Positions 1 through 10,040 of a stretch of DNA of 64,000 nt are shown here, one piece after another. How positions within the stretch are numbered: the first letter of the stretch is position 1; each line of letters starts with the position of its first letter. The stretch lies in assembly GCA_035635755.1 (NCBI GenBank), contig DASQAK010000052.1, forward strand, positions 6,236-70,235, given 5' to 3'. Position numbers and translations under genes: made by a program. Origin of the DNA: Candidatus Methylomirabilota bacterium. Lineage in GTDB: Bacteria > Methylomirabilota > Methylomirabilia > Rokubacteriales > CSP1-6. A model generated the notes under the pieces. The model was not told the DNA's origin. It saw only the letters and a program-made list of their open reading frames with translations, and searched no databases.

Positions 1-78
1 TCCGAGGGCGACGTCGGCCGCTTCAAGCAATACTTCGCGAAGGTCCGCGCCTCTACTGAGTTGACCAAGCGCTACTAA
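1..78 (+). CDS. 3' end of an unidentified CDS (partial, runs off left edge)
   Basis: In-frame sense codons ('...SEGDVGRFKQYFAKVRASTELTKRY') ending at TAA 76-78; product not recognisable from 25 aa. Confidence 0.25.
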   Translation, partial: SEGDVGRFKQYFAKVRASTELTKRY

Positions 79-147
79 TGAGTCTCGTACAACTGGGTGA
101 TGGTTTTCACCCTCGTGAGGCCGTGTCACTGTGATTCACGAGGTTCA

Positions 148-1272
148 TTAGAGGCTGCCCCAGACCTCGGTCGCCAGCTCGACGCAGAGCCTCAGCTTGG
201 CCTTCTCCTGCTCCACGGTGACCTCGTTGCCCTCCATGGTCGAGGAGAAGCCGCACTGGGGGCTGACGCAGAGCTGCTCCATGGCCACGTAGCGCGAGGC
301 CTCGTCCAGCCGACGCTTGAGATCGTCCTTCTTCTCGAGGGTGCCCACCTTGGTGGTGACCAGCCCCAGCACGACCCGGACATTCTTCGGCATGTGGCGG
401 AGGGGCGAGAAGTCCCCCGAGCGCGCGTCGTCGAACTCGAGGAAGAAGCCATCGTAGGGAAGCTGGGTGAAGATGGTCTCGGCGATCTTCGCGTAGCCGC
501 CCTGGGCGCGCCAGGACGAGCGGAAGTTGCCCCGGCAGAGATGGGTGCACACGGTCAGATCCGGGGGCTTGTTCCGCAGGGTGGCCCGGATGAGCTTGAC
601 GGACAGCGCGAGCTGCTCGTCGGGATCGTCGTTCCGCGCCTTGCCCTGGGCGCGCATGTCGTCGTCGCACAGATAGGCCAGGCTGACGTCGTCGAGCTGG
701 AGATAGCGGCAGCCCGCGGCGTAGAGGTCGGCGATCTCCGCCCGATAGGCGGCGGCGGTGTCTTCCACGAAGCCGTCGAGATCGGCGTACACCGCCTTGT
801 CGATGTTCTCGCGTCCCACCTGCGTGTAGAGCATGCAGGGCGACGGCATGGTCAGCTTGGCCGTGCGCGAGACCGCCGATTTCAGGAACGAGAACGGCGC
901 GACGAAGATCGGGCGCGGCCGTGTGATCCGGCTCGTGATGGCCAGATCCGGCCGGGTGAAGAAGACCTCACCCGTCGGCCCGCGGAAGGTGACGGGCAGC
1001 GCCTTGCCCGCGCTGGCGAGGCCGCCGAGCTGGGTCAGGAAGTCCATGTGCCAGGACTTCCGCCGGAGCTCGCCATCCGTGATGCCCTGGAGGCCCGCGT
1101 CCTCCTGGAGCTTCACGACGTCGCGGATGCCCGCGTCCTCGGCGACCGCGAGCTCCTCGGCGGTGGCCTGCCCCGATTCCTTCTTGATCCGCAGCGCCTT
1201 GAGGCTCGGCGGGCGGAGCAGGCTTCCCACGTGATCAGCGCGAAACGGGGGGCGCGACGCCACGATAGTCAC
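148..1272 (-). CDS. cobalamin-independent methionine synthase family protein (MetE C-terminal-like, YxjG/YxjH-type)
   Basis: C-terminal 374 aa of ORF 148..2574. N-terminus 'PFRADHVGSLLRPPSLKALR...GITDGELRR' and 'SPQCGF' near the C-terminus are typical of short MetE-like enzymes. The upstream 430 aa of the ORF are Arg/Pro/Gly-rich high-GC artefact. Start GTG/ATG near 1260-1272. Confidence 0.7.
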   Translation of the reverse strand: MTIVASRPPFRADHVGSLLRPPSLKALRIKKESGQATAEELAVAEDAGIRDVVKLQEDAGLQGITDGELRRKSWHMDFLTQLGGLASAGKALPVTFRGPTGEVFFTRPDLAITSRITRPRPIFVAPFSFLKSAVSRTAKLTMPSPCMLYTQVGRENIDKAVYADLDGFVEDTAAAYRAEIADLYAAGCRYLQLDDVSLAYLCDDDMRAQGKARNDDPDEQLALSVKLIRATLRNKPPDLTVCTHLCRGNFRSSWRAQGGYAKIAETIFTQLPYDGFFLEFDDARSGDFSPLRHMPKNVRVVLGLVTTKVGTLEKKDDLKRRLDEASRYVAMEQLCVSPQCGFSSTMEGNEVTVEQEKAKLRLCVELATEVWGSL

Positions 1273-1379
1273 CCTTTCTTCCTCCAGGTCTTCCCCAGGA
1301 TGGGTCAGGGGCGAGACCACGGCGCCGATCCTGCCAGAGCGACGGCGACGCGTCAAACGGAGCGCCGCCTCGACACATC

Positions 1380-2684
1380 TCAGGCCTCTCGCGCGATGGC
1401 CTCCTCGCCTTTCAGGGTCGAGGGCGAGAGATCGCCCGTCTTCCCCGGGACGACGGAGGGAGCGACGGACTCCATCCCGCGCGCCACGACATGGGGCAGG
1501 GCCATCACCGCCCACGCGACCATCACCACCTCGGAGTCGCCGAAGTTGTACTCGGACAGCCCGGCCACGAGGAATCCCGTGACCGCGGCGAGGCTGCCCA
1601 CCACGAGGGCCCGCTCGCGGCGCCGCGCCGGATCGAGGCCCCGCAGGAGGGCGACGGCGCGCGCGTAGAAGACGACCCAGATGGACAGCCACGCCGCCAG
1701 CCCGAAGAGCCCGCGCTCCACGAGGATCTGCAGCGGCGTGTTGTGCACGTGCCCCGTGCGCTTCTTGGAAGCCTCGGGCTGCGCGTATCGCACGTACTCG
1801 CGCTTGACTCCGCCGGGGCCCCAGCCGAGGAGCGGGCGCTCGCGCCACATGGCCGCGCCACTCTCCCACATGAAGCGCCGCTCCTGGATGCCCGCCTCGC
1901 GCGGGTCGACCATGGTCAGGATGCGATGCCGGAGCTCGACGAGGGTGCGGAACTTGATGCGGACCTCGTAGGGCACGACGAGCAGGCCCACCACGATCAG
2001 GGCGAGGACGCCCACCACGATCCACCCGCGCCGGAAGGCAGGCAGGACGGCCGCCACTCCCGCCGCCACGCCGAGCCAGGCGCCCCGCGTGTAGGTCGCG
2101 ATGAGGCCGGCCAGGGACACGAGCCAGAGGAGCGCCGAGCCGGGACGGAATCCGCCCCCTTGCACCACACGCGGGAGCGTGGCGAGAATCACGAGGGTGA
2201 GGACACCCGCGAGGGTCATGTAGATGCTGAAGAAGGCGCGGGCCCTCTCGCAGTGGTGATAGATGAAGCGCGGCCACCAGTCGACGGGCTCGGGTCCCGG
2301 ACACAGGCCGACCTGGACGAGGCCCACGAGGGCGGCGCCGGCCGCGACCACGGCCAGCGCCGAGAGGAACCGGTCGGCGGATGAGCCGTCGGGGAGCGCG
2401 TCGGCGGTGACGTAGAGAGCAGAAGCGAGCAGGAGCCCCTTGCACGCGACGAGACTCTGGGCGGCGTGCCCCGAGGCGAGCGCGGAGACCAGGCTCAGGA
2501 CCGAGAAGGCGAGCACGGGCGCCCACAGCGGCCAGGCCTGAGCGCGGCGCGCCTCGGCATCGCGCAGCCGCCACAGCCAGAGGAGCGTCAGGAGGGCGAG
2601 GGCGGTCTCCGACAGCGTGATCGAGAAACCGAGCCCGACGACGAAGGCGCCGAGGAGGACGCGGCGGAGGGTGGCGGACGTCAA
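1380..2684 (-). CDS. O-antigen ligase family protein (Wzy_C domain; WaaL/PglL-like)
   Basis: Polytopic membrane protein with 'YTRGAWLG' and 'HNTPLQILVERGLFGLAAW' Wzy_C motifs. Proposed TTG start overlaps the stop of the upstream gene (TTGA). Long N-terminal part of ORF 1380..4007 rejected. Confidence 0.75.
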   Translation of the reverse strand: MTSATLRRVLLGAFVVGLGFSITLSETALALLTLLWLWRLRDAEARRAQAWPLWAPVLAFSVLSLVSALASGHAAQSLVACKGLLLASALYVTADALPDGSSADRFLSALAVVAAGAALVGLVQVGLCPGPEPVDWWPRFIYHHCERARAFFSIYMTLAGVLTLVILATLPRVVQGGGFRPGSALLWLVSLAGLIATYTRGAWLGVAAGVAAVLPAFRRGWIVVGVLALIVVGLLVVPYEVRIKFRTLVELRHRILTMVDPREAGIQERRFMWESGAAMWRERPLLGWGPGGVKREYVRYAQPEASKKRTGHVHNTPLQILVERGLFGLAAWLSIWVVFYARAVALLRGLDPARRRERALVVGSLAAVTGFLVAGLSEYNFGDSEVVMVAWAVMALPHVVARGMESVAPSVVPGKTGDLSPSTLKGEEAIAREA

Positions 2685-4075
2685 TACGCGTTCCGGTCGA
2701 AGAGCACGCGCACCACGGTGAGCACGATGATCTTCAGGTCGAGCCAGAGCGACCAGCGCTCGATGTACTCGAGGTCGTACTCGATGCGCTTCTCGAGGGA
2801 GGTGTTGCCGCGCAGCCCGTGCACCTGCGCCCAGCCCGTGACGCCCGACTTGACCTTGTGGCGCAGCATGTAGCCGGGTACGGTCTGGCGGAAGCGCTCC
2901 ACGAAGACCGGCCGCTCGGGTCGCGGCCCCACCACGCTCATCTCGCCCCGCAGGACATTGATGAACTGGGGCATCTCGTCGAGGCTGAAGCGGCGGAGGA
3001 AGGCGCCGATGGGCGTGCGCCGCGGGTCGTCGGGCGGGGCCCACACCGGTCCCGTCTCCGCCTCCGCGTCGAGTCGCATGGTGCGGAACTTGAGCATGCG
3101 GAAGCGCTGGCCGTCGAGCCCCATGCGCTCCTGGCCGAAGAGGATGGGCCCGCGCGAGGTCGCCTTGACCGCAGCGGCGAGCGCGAGAATGAACGGGGCG
3201 AGCGCGGCGAGGACGGTGACGGAGAAGGCGACGTCGAACACGCGCTTGGCGACCTGGTTCCAGCCGTGGAGCGGCGATTCCCGCAGGTAGACGAAGGGGA
3301 GGCCCTCGAACTCCTCCACTCCCCCGCGCAGCGAGGTGAAGCGGCCGAGGTCTGGCACCACGTGAATGGTCACGGGCTCGTCGCCGATGGCCTCGAGCAG
3401 CCCGCCGAGCCGGCCATAGTCCTCGTGGGAGAGTGCGAGAATCACGTGGTCGACCTGGCGGGCGTCGAGCACCGCCCGCAGGTCGGCATACCCGCCCAGC
3501 GAGGGAATACCTCCGTCCGATTCCTTGGTGTCGCCGACCAGGCCCAGCAGCCGCACGCCGATGTCCGGACGCCCGTGCAGTCGCCGGATCACGCCGGCGG
3601 CCAGCTCGCCCCCGCCCACCACTAGGGCATAGCGCTGGTTGTAGCCGTGACGGCGCGCGAATCGCAGCACCTCGCGAAAGACGTAGCGGGCGAAGGACAC
3701 GGAGGCGATCGACAGCACCCAGAAGTACACGATGACCACGCGCGAGTAGTCGTACTCGCGGAAGAAGAAGGTCATGGCGCTGACGAGGACGAGGGCGCCC
3801 ATGGTCGAGGCCTTGGCGATGTCCGTGACCTCGGAGAGTCGCGAGCCGATGCGCCGCGGCCGGTAGAGGTCGAAGGCCCGGAAGGAGATCCCCCAGACGA
3901 TGAGGATGGGCAGGAGCATCAAGAGATAGGGCTCGATGGGCGGGGTGCCGTGTCGCGACGGCGGGCCCGCCACGAAGAAGCGGATGCCGTAAGCGGCGAG
4001 CCAGCACGCGGCCACGAGCAGAAGATCGCCCACGAGCATGAGCTGCTCGAGTGCGCGCGAGTTCGCCTTCAGCAC
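2681..4075 (-). CDS. undecaprenyl-phosphate hexose-1-phosphate transferase (WbaP/WcaJ-type initiating sugar transferase)
   Basis: 464 aa. N-terminal TM segments plus central Rossmann-like region. C-terminal bacterial sugar transferase domain 'LLRRFSLDEMPQFINVLRGEMSVVGPRPE'. Confidence 0.85.
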   Translation of the reverse strand: MLKANSRALEQLMLVGDLLLVAACWLAAYGIRFFVAGPPSRHGTPPIEPYLLMLLPILIVWGISFRAFDLYRPRRIGSRLSEVTDIAKASTMGALVLVSAMTFFFREYDYSRVVIVYFWVLSIASVSFARYVFREVLRFARRHGYNQRYALVVGGGELAAGVIRRLHGRPDIGVRLLGLVGDTKESDGGIPSLGGYADLRAVLDARQVDHVILALSHEDYGRLGGLLEAIGDEPVTIHVVPDLGRFTSLRGGVEEFEGLPFVYLRESPLHGWNQVAKRVFDVAFSVTVLAALAPFILALAAAVKATSRGPILFGQERMGLDGQRFRMLKFRTMRLDAEAETGPVWAPPDDPRRTPIGAFLRRFSLDEMPQFINVLRGEMSVVGPRPERPVFVERFRQTVPGYMLRHKVKSGVTGWAQVHGLRGNTSLEKRIEYDLEYIERWSLWLDLKIIVLTVVRVLFDRNAY

Positions 4076-5202
4076 CGCGCGTGCTCCACGAGACGGGCGG
4101 CCAGGTACTGCTCGATGCGCTCCTTGAACAGCGGCCGATCGAAGGCCTCGGCGCGACGCCGGAGGGCCTTGGGCTCGAAGCGCGGCGAGTCCGACTCGAA
4201 GCGCTGGATGGCCTCGGCCAGGTCCTCGACGCTCTGGCGCTCGAAGAAGATGCCCGTGGCAGGCTCCCCGCCCCCAGGTCCGACGACGGTCTCCAGGGCG
4301 CCTCCCTGCCCCAGGGCGATCACGGGCCGCCCGGAGGCCATGGCCTCGAGCGGCGTGATGCCGAAGTCTTCCACGGTCGGGAAGAGCAGGGCGCGGCAGC
4401 GTGAGTAGAGTAGGGCGATCTCCGCATCGTCACGCCAGCCCAGGAGCTCCACCGTTGGGCCGGCGAGGGAGCGCAGGCGCGCCTCTTCGGGGCCGCTGCC
4501 CACCACCACGAGGCGCCGCCCGAGCTTGCTCGCGGCCGCCACCGCGAGGTCCACCCGCTTGTACGGCGTGAGGGCGGAGACGACGAGATAGAAGTCGCCC
4601 GGCCCCTCCTCGACGCGGAAGCGCGCGACGTCCACCGGCGGGTAGATGACCTCCGCCGGCCGGCCATAGGCGCGGCGGATCCGATCGGCGACGAAGCGGG
4701 AGATGGCGACGAAGTGATGCACGCCCGCCGCCGTCCGGCGGTCCCAGCGGCGAAGCCAGGCGGCGAGCGGCGGCATCACCGCCCGCGTGAGCGGCCCGGC
4801 CCGCGCCCCGAAGTACTCGCCGTAGAGGTCCCAGACATAGCGCATGGGGGTGAAGCAGTAGCACACGTGAAGCGCGCCGGGCGGCACCCGCACGCCCTTG
4901 GCCACCGCGTGACTGGAGGAAAGCACGAGGTCGTACCCTCGCAGGTCGAAGCGACGGACGGCCGCGGGAAAGAGCGGGAGGTAGTGCCGGTAACGCTGCG
5001 CGGCCCCGGGCATGCCCTGGATGAACGACGTCGTGATGCGCCGGCGCTCGATCGTCTCCGACACCGAGCCGGGCACGCGCAGGAGCGTGAAGAGGTCGGC
5101 CTCGGGAAAGAGCTCGCAGAAGACCTCGAGGCAGCGCTCGCCGCCGCGCATGCCGGTGAGCCAGTCGTGCACGAGCGCGACTCTTGGGACCTGGCCAGGC
5201 AC
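4069..5202 (-). CDS. glycosyltransferase family 4
   Basis: C-terminal ~377 aa of ORF 4069..5952. 'VALVHDWL' N-terminus and GT4 EX7E region 'FPTVEDFGITPLEAMASGRPVIA'. GTG start just downstream of the gmd stop. Confidence 0.8.
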   Translation of the reverse strand: MPGQVPRVALVHDWLTGMRGGERCLEVFCELFPEADLFTLLRVPGSVSETIERRRITTSFIQGMPGAAQRYRHYLPLFPAAVRRFDLRGYDLVLSSSHAVAKGVRVPPGALHVCYCFTPMRYVWDLYGEYFGARAGPLTRAVMPPLAAWLRRWDRRTAAGVHHFVAISRFVADRIRRAYGRPAEVIYPPVDVARFRVEEGPGDFYLVVSALTPYKRVDLAVAAASKLGRRLVVVGSGPEEARLRSLAGPTVELLGWRDDAEIALLYSRCRALLFPTVEDFGITPLEAMASGRPVIALGQGGALETVVGPGGGEPATGIFFERQSVEDLAEAIQRFESDSPRFEPKALRRRAEAFDRPLFKERIEQYLAARLVEHARC

Positions 5203-5234
5203 GTGAGGGAGCCTGATGAGGCCTCCGGGGGCGC

Positions 5235-6203
5235 TCAGCGGGTGGAGGCGCGAATCCGCTGTCGCCAGTAGTCGACGAGCTCCGTCAGGGTGCGCTCGAA
5301 GGGAATCTCCACCTTCCATCCCGTCGCCTTGTGGATCTTGGCGGGGCTGCCCTCGAGCACCATGACGTCGGACGGGCGCAGCCGGGCGGGATCCGTCTTG
5401 ACGGTGATCCCCTTGACCGTGGAGAGGCCGAGGAGGAAGTCGAGCACCTGCTGGATCTGCCACGACTTCCCCGAGCAGAGATTGTAGACCTCGCCGGGCT
5501 CCCCCCGCTCGAGAAGGAGCCAGTAGCCGCGCACGATGTCCCGCACGTCCGAGTAGTCGCGGCGCGGGGTCAGATCCCCGACATAGACGATGGGCTCCCG
5601 CAGGCCGGCCTCGATCTCCGCGACCTGCCGGGCGAAGTTCGAGGTGACGAACACGTCGCCGCGGCGCGGTCCCTCGTGGTTGAAGGCACGGGTGCGGATG
5701 ATGGGCAGGCCATAGCTCTTGAAATACTGGAAGGCCATCATATCCTGCGTCACCTTGCTCACCGCGTACGGCGACAGCGGCCGCAGGGGATTGGTCTCCC
5801 GGATGGGCAGCTCCTCGTCGTGGACGAGCCCGTACTCCTCGCTCGAGCCCACCGCGAGAAACCGTGGCGACATCTTGAGGCCGCGAATGGCCTCGAGCAC
5901 GTTGATCTGGGCGAGGATATTGGTGGTGAGCGTCTCCGCGGGCGCGTGCCACGAGACGCCCACGAAGCTCTGGGCGGCGAGGTGAATGACGTAGTCGGGC
6001 TGGGAGGTCTCGAGCAATGCCCGCACCGAGGACAGATCCCGGAGGTCGGACTCGATGAAGGTCACCTTCGACCGCAGGTGGTCGATGTTCTCCGTCTTGC
6101 TCCGCCAGCGGTTGGAGCCGAAGACCTCGGCGCCCTTGGCCAAGGCATACTCGGCCATGTGGCTGCCCACGAAGCCGGTGATGCCGGTGATCAGCACTCG
6201 CAT
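5235..6203 (-). CDS. gmd: GDP-mannose 4,6-dehydratase (short-form GMD; NAD-dependent epimerase/dehydratase)
   Basis: 322 aa. 'ITGITGFVGSH', 'SPYAVSK' (YxxxK), 'FNHEGPRRG' GMD-type motif. Confidence 0.75.
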   Translation of the reverse strand: MRVLITGITGFVGSHMAEYALAKGAEVFGSNRWRSKTENIDHLRSKVTFIESDLRDLSSVRALLETSQPDYVIHLAAQSFVGVSWHAPAETLTTNILAQINVLEAIRGLKMSPRFLAVGSSEEYGLVHDEELPIRETNPLRPLSPYAVSKVTQDMMAFQYFKSYGLPIIRTRAFNHEGPRRGDVFVTSNFARQVAEIEAGLREPIVYVGDLTPRRDYSDVRDIVRGYWLLLERGEPGEVYNLCSGKSWQIQQVLDFLLGLSTVKGITVKTDPARLRPSDVMVLEGSPAKIHKATGWKVEIPFERTLTELVDYWRQRIRASTR

Positions 6204-6248
6204 GCGGTGACGCTCCCCGGGAAGATTCGCTCGCGTGATTCCCGATAA

Positions 6249-7403
6249 TTATACGCCAGAGGTCGAGGACTTCCCTTCCTGAAAACGGGCGACGGCGCGA
6301 TAGAGGGCGGCCGTCTCCGCGGCCATGCGCTCGGCGCCGAACCGCTGCTCCACGCGGCGCCGCCCCGCCTCGCCCAGAGCGCGCCGCGCGGCCGCGGGCT
6401 CGCCGAGGAGGCTCACCAGCGCATCCGCGAGCGCGCGCGGCTCGTCCGTCGCGACGAGCCGACCGGTGACGCCGTCGCTCACCGCGTCGACGTGACCGGC
6501 CACCCGCGTGGCGACCACGGGCAGCCCGAGGGCCATGGCCTCGAGCACGGCCAGGGACAGCCCCTCGCGGCGTGAGGCCGAGACGTAGAGGTCGAGCCCG
6601 CCGAGCAGGCGCGCGGCATCGGGGACGGCGCCCGTGAAGCGCACGCGCGAGTCGATTCCCAGCGAGCGGGTCAGGGCGTGGAGCCGCCCCGCCTCCGGGC
6701 CGTCGCCGATCACGATGAGGCGCGCGCGTGGCAGCGCGCGGGCCACGCGGGCGAAAGCCTCGAGGAGCGTGTCGACGGCCTTGATGGAGTCGAGTCGCGC
6801 GACGATCCCGATGCCGAGCTCGTCGGCGGCGAGACCGAGGGCGGCCCGCGCCGCCTCTCGCGGCTCCGCCTTCGCCGTCAGGCCCGCCACGTCCACGCCG
6901 TTGACGATCACGTGCGTCCGTCCAGCGGGGGCGAGCCGGAGCGCCTCGGCCTCCCGGGCCTGGCTCTCGGAGACATGGATCACGGCCGTGCCGATGGCCG
7001 CGAGGCGACGCTCGAGAGCGAGGTAGAGCCCGCGCAGCCCGACGGGATACCTGGCGTAATGGATGCCGTGGAAGGTGTGGATGCTCGGGATCCCCGCCCG
7101 ACGCGCGGCGAGCCGTCCATAGAGACCGGCGCCCTTGCCGTGAGAATGAACGAGCTCGATCCCGCGCTCGCCGATGAGCCGGCGCACGGCCACGAACGAG
7201 CCGAGCGACAGGCGATCGGCCGCGATGTTCACGAAGGCGCCGCAGGAATCGCGGAGCCGTCCCGCATAGGCGCCCTCCGGCCCCGCCACCGTGAAGTCGA
7301 ACTCGTCACGCGGCAGACGAGTGGCGAGGTCGAGGACGTGAGCGGGCCCTCCGCCGGGCTCCGTGGAGACGAGCAGCTCGAGCACGCGCAGCGGCTCAGC
7401 CAC
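6249..7403 (-). CDS. glycosyltransferase family 4
   Basis: 384 aa; 'RREGLSLAVLEAMALGLPVVATRVAGHVDAV' GT4 C-terminal motif. Confidence 0.8.
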   Translation of the reverse strand: MAEPLRVLELLVSTEPGGGPAHVLDLATRLPRDEFDFTVAGPEGAYAGRLRDSCGAFVNIAADRLSLGSFVAVRRLIGERGIELVHSHGKGAGLYGRLAARRAGIPSIHTFHGIHYARYPVGLRGLYLALERRLAAIGTAVIHVSESQAREAEALRLAPAGRTHVIVNGVDVAGLTAKAEPREAARAALGLAADELGIGIVARLDSIKAVDTLLEAFARVARALPRARLIVIGDGPEAGRLHALTRSLGIDSRVRFTGAVPDAARLLGGLDLYVSASRREGLSLAVLEAMALGLPVVATRVAGHVDAVSDGVTGRLVATDEPRALADALVSLLGEPAAARRALGEAGRRRVEQRFGAERMAAETAALYRAVARFQEGKSSTSGV

Positions 7404-8193
7404 CCAGCCTCCGCCGGAGCATCCGCCTGAAGGACTGCGGCAGGGCGAGGGCGAGCGCGGGCCGGAGCGCGTGGATGGCGCACCAGGCAGGATAGTCGCC
7501 GCGCCTCACGGCCCGCCAGCGTATGCGCGCTTCCGCGCGCAGCCGATCGTCCTCGCGACTCTCCGAGACCCGGCCGGGAAGGAGACGTCGGATGACCAGG
7601 GGCTCGGGCACGTTGGCGAGCCGGGACAGCCGGCTCACCCGCATCCAGAGATCGTAGTCCTGGGCCACGGGAAATCTCGGGTCGTACCCGCCCGCCTGCT
7701 CGACGATGGAGCGGCGCGCCATCACGGAAGAATGCACGAAGGGATTTCGGCGAATGAGGGCGCGGCGGATACCGGCATCGTCGGCGGGTGGGCGCAGGAC
7801 GGCGACAGCGAATCCAGAGGCGTCCACCTCCTGGGCGCCGGTGCCCAGGAGCCCGATGGCGGGCTGGGCATCGAAGACGGCGCGCTGGCGCGCGAAGCGC
7901 TCGGGCAAGGCCATGTCGTCGGCGTCGAGGCGGGCCACGAGCGGCGCCCGGGCCATCCCGAGCGCGCGATTGAGTGAGCGTGTCAGCCCCTCACGGTTGC
8001 GCTGGCGCTCGACGCGGAGACGCAGGTCGCCCACGGCGGCGAGGAGATCGGGCGTCGCGTCATCGGAGGCATCGTCGATCACGATGAGCTCGAGGTCGGG
8101 AGCGGTCTGGGTCAGCACGCTCATCACCGCCTCCCGGACCCAGGGCGCGCCGTTGTGGACGCCCATGAGCACGGACACCGCGGGGGACGTCAC
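7396..8193 (-). CDS. glycosyltransferase family 2
   Basis: C-terminal 265 aa of ORF 7396..9048. 'VSVLMGVHNGAPWVREAVMSVLTQTAPDLELIVIDDASDDAT' GT2 signature. GTG start overlaps upstream stop (GTGA). Confidence 0.75.
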   Translation of the reverse strand: MTSPAVSVLMGVHNGAPWVREAVMSVLTQTAPDLELIVIDDASDDATPDLLAAVGDLRLRVERQRNREGLTRSLNRALGMARAPLVARLDADDMALPERFARQRAVFDAQPAIGLLGTGAQEVDASGFAVAVLRPPADDAGIRRALIRRNPFVHSSVMARRSIVEQAGGYDPRFPVAQDYDLWMRVSRLSRLANVPEPLVIRRLLPGRVSESREDDRLRAEARIRWRAVRRGDYPAWCAIHALRPALALALPQSFRRMLRRRLGG

Positions 8194-9014
8194 CGGGGAG
8201 CCCGAGGGCTGCGCTGGGCCTCGAGGGCGAGAACGCCGGCGAAGTGGCGGAGGAGCGGGATCCGCCCGAGCGTCCGCTCGACACGAAACCGTGCGGCGGG
8301 GTCGCGGACGATTCGGCCCAGTCCCGGGATCCAGTAGCCCGAGACACGGCGAGGCTCGAAGCCCGCCCCGCGGCAGAGCCCGATGATCTCGCGCCGGGTG
8401 AGGAAATCGTGGGTCGCCCAGTTCATGTCGTTGGACCAGAAGGCCCGCGCCCGGTAGTACTTGATCCATTTCCTGATCAGGCGGGCCACGCGCCTCACGT
8501 TGTGATGCGGCTCGACGACGAGAAGCCTTCCTCCCGGGCGGACCACGCGGGCGAGCGCCTCGAAGACCTCGGGGCGACGATGCAGGTGGTGGAGGCTCTG
8601 GACGACGAGCGCGGTGTCGATCGACGCCGCCGGGACGTGACGCGCGAGCTCGGTGGCGGGCGCGCCGAGGATCTCGACGTTGCGCAGGCCGTCGGTCGCG
8701 CAGCCCGCGAGGAGCACGCGCTGCATGTCCGGCACGGGCTCGACCGCGAGCACGGACTGCGCGCGGGGAGCGATGATGCGGGTGAAGTAGCCCGTGCCCG
8801 CGCCGAGCTCGAGGGCGCGTCCGTACCCGCGACCCGGCCAGATGTCCTCCACGAGCGGCTTGGCGGGATACTCGTGGTGCTCCGCCTCGGCGTAGCGATG
8901 GGTCTGGTCGTAGGCGCTGGCCCCGCTCCCCGAGTACATCGCGACATTGACGGCGAGGTTGACGCGGTCGAGGCGCTCCACGAGCTCCGGAGACAGGAGC
9001 CTCATCTTCATTGA
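8190..9014 (-). CDS. class I SAM-dependent methyltransferase
   Basis: 'LELGAGTGYF' motif I and 'VRPGGRLLVVEP' motif III. Start at MKMRLL; upstream part of ORF 8190..9398 rejected. Confidence 0.7.
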   Translation of the reverse strand, partial: SMKMRLLSPELVERLDRVNLAVNVAMYSGSGASAYDQTHRYAEAEHHEYPAKPLVEDIWPGRGYGRALELGAGTGYFTRIIAPRAQSVLAVEPVPDMQRVLLAGCATDGLRNVEILGAPATELARHVPAASIDTALVVQSLHHLHRRPEVFEALARVVRPGGRLLVVEPHHNVRRVARLIRKWIKYYRARAFWSNDMNWATHDFLTRREIIGLCRGAGFEPRRVSGYWIPGLGRIVRDPAARFRVERTLGRIPLLRHFAGVLALEAQRSPRAPR

Positions 9015-9067
9015 ATGCGGGAGCACGAGGTAGACGAGGAAGCTCCACGGCCCGTTCCGCACGGCCC

Positions 9068-10006
9068 TCACCGCTTGCGGAAGAGCAGGTTGAGATACGG
9101 AAGGGCCAGGGAGGGCGGCAGGCGCAGGCGGTGGAGCGCGCCGCAGGCGAGGGCGAAGGCCGGCAGCGCCAGCTTGCGCGTCCGCGTGCGCGCGGTGTCG
9201 CGGAAGAAGCGCCAGCCGTAGCCTGCTTCCTCCGTCACGTCCTCCAGCCCGGCGCGCCCCGACGACGGGAGACAGGCGGCCAGCGAGGCGTTGCGCCAGC
9301 CCGTGCCGTCGGCGACGAACTCTCCGTAGCCGATGCCGCGGAAGCGCCAGGGACGGCCCACCTTGGCGTACGCGAAAGCCAGGGGCGCGGGCATCCACTG
9401 CGCGAGGGGCAGTCCGATCGAGTGCGTCTCCAGCGGGAAGAGCCGGTTCGGCGTGTCGAGGATGGCGATGTGGCCGCCGGGGGCGAGCACCCGGTAGTAC
9501 TCCTCCACGATCTCCCGCCGGCCGCGCACGGGCAGGTGCTCGATGACGCCGACCACGAGGACGAGATCGAATCGGCCGTCAGGATACGGCAGACGTCGGG
9601 TCTCCTCGTTGTCGAGGAGCCGCACGTCCCGCACGCGGGCGAGCCCGAGCTCTTCGACCTTGGCGCGGACGATGGCCACGAAGGAGGGATCGGTGTCGAA
9701 GGTCGAGATCTCCCGCACCTCGGGCTGCTCGGCCAGGTACTCCGTGATGTGGCCGAACGAGCAGCCGACCTCGAGCACCGAGAGACCGTCCCCGCCCCGC
9801 CCGCGCAGGTAGGCGAAGAGCCGGGCGAGGAAGTGCCGGCCCCGCGTCTCCTTGAAGGAGAAGTATTGCGGGGCGCGCAGGGCGCCCTTGCGCTCCACGA
9901 GCATGCGCACCACGCGCGCGCTGTACGCGGTGGGATAGTCCCGCCCGGCGACCGTGAGCACGCGTCGGTCGCCCAGGTCCTCGAGGCGGTAAGAGGGCTC
10001 GGTCAT
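9068..10006 (-). CDS. class I SAM-dependent methyltransferase
   Basis: 312 aa; 'VLEVGCSFGHI', 'LAPGGHIAILDTP'. Confidence 0.75.
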   Translation of the reverse strand: MTEPSYRLEDLGDRRVLTVAGRDYPTAYSARVVRMLVERKGALRAPQYFSFKETRGRHFLARLFAYLRGRGGDGLSVLEVGCSFGHITEYLAEQPEVREISTFDTDPSFVAIVRAKVEELGLARVRDVRLLDNEETRRLPYPDGRFDLVLVVGVIEHLPVRGRREIVEEYYRVLAPGGHIAILDTPNRLFPLETHSIGLPLAQWMPAPLAFAYAKVGRPWRFRGIGYGEFVADGTGWRNASLAACLPSSGRAGLEDVTEEAGYGWRFFRDTARTRTRKLALPAFALACGALHRLRLPPSLALPYLNLLFRKR

Positions 10007-10040
10007 GCCACGCAGAATAGCAGCGGGGATGACCGCTTGC

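Noticed and set aside
97-1668. 523-aa plus-strand ORF
   Set aside because: Antisense to the well-supported MetE-like gene. Arg/Pro/Gly/Ala-rich low-complexity translation typical of non-coding frames in 70%-GC DNA.
148-2574. 808-aa ORF (full extent)
   Set aside because: Only the C-terminal ~374 aa resemble a real protein (MetE-like). The upstream 430 aa are Arg/Pro-rich and overlap the O-antigen ligase gene in another frame.
1380-4007. 875-aa ORF (full extent)
   Set aside because: Only the last ~434 aa form the Wzy_C membrane protein. The remainder overlaps the WbaP-like gene and is compositionally non-protein-like.
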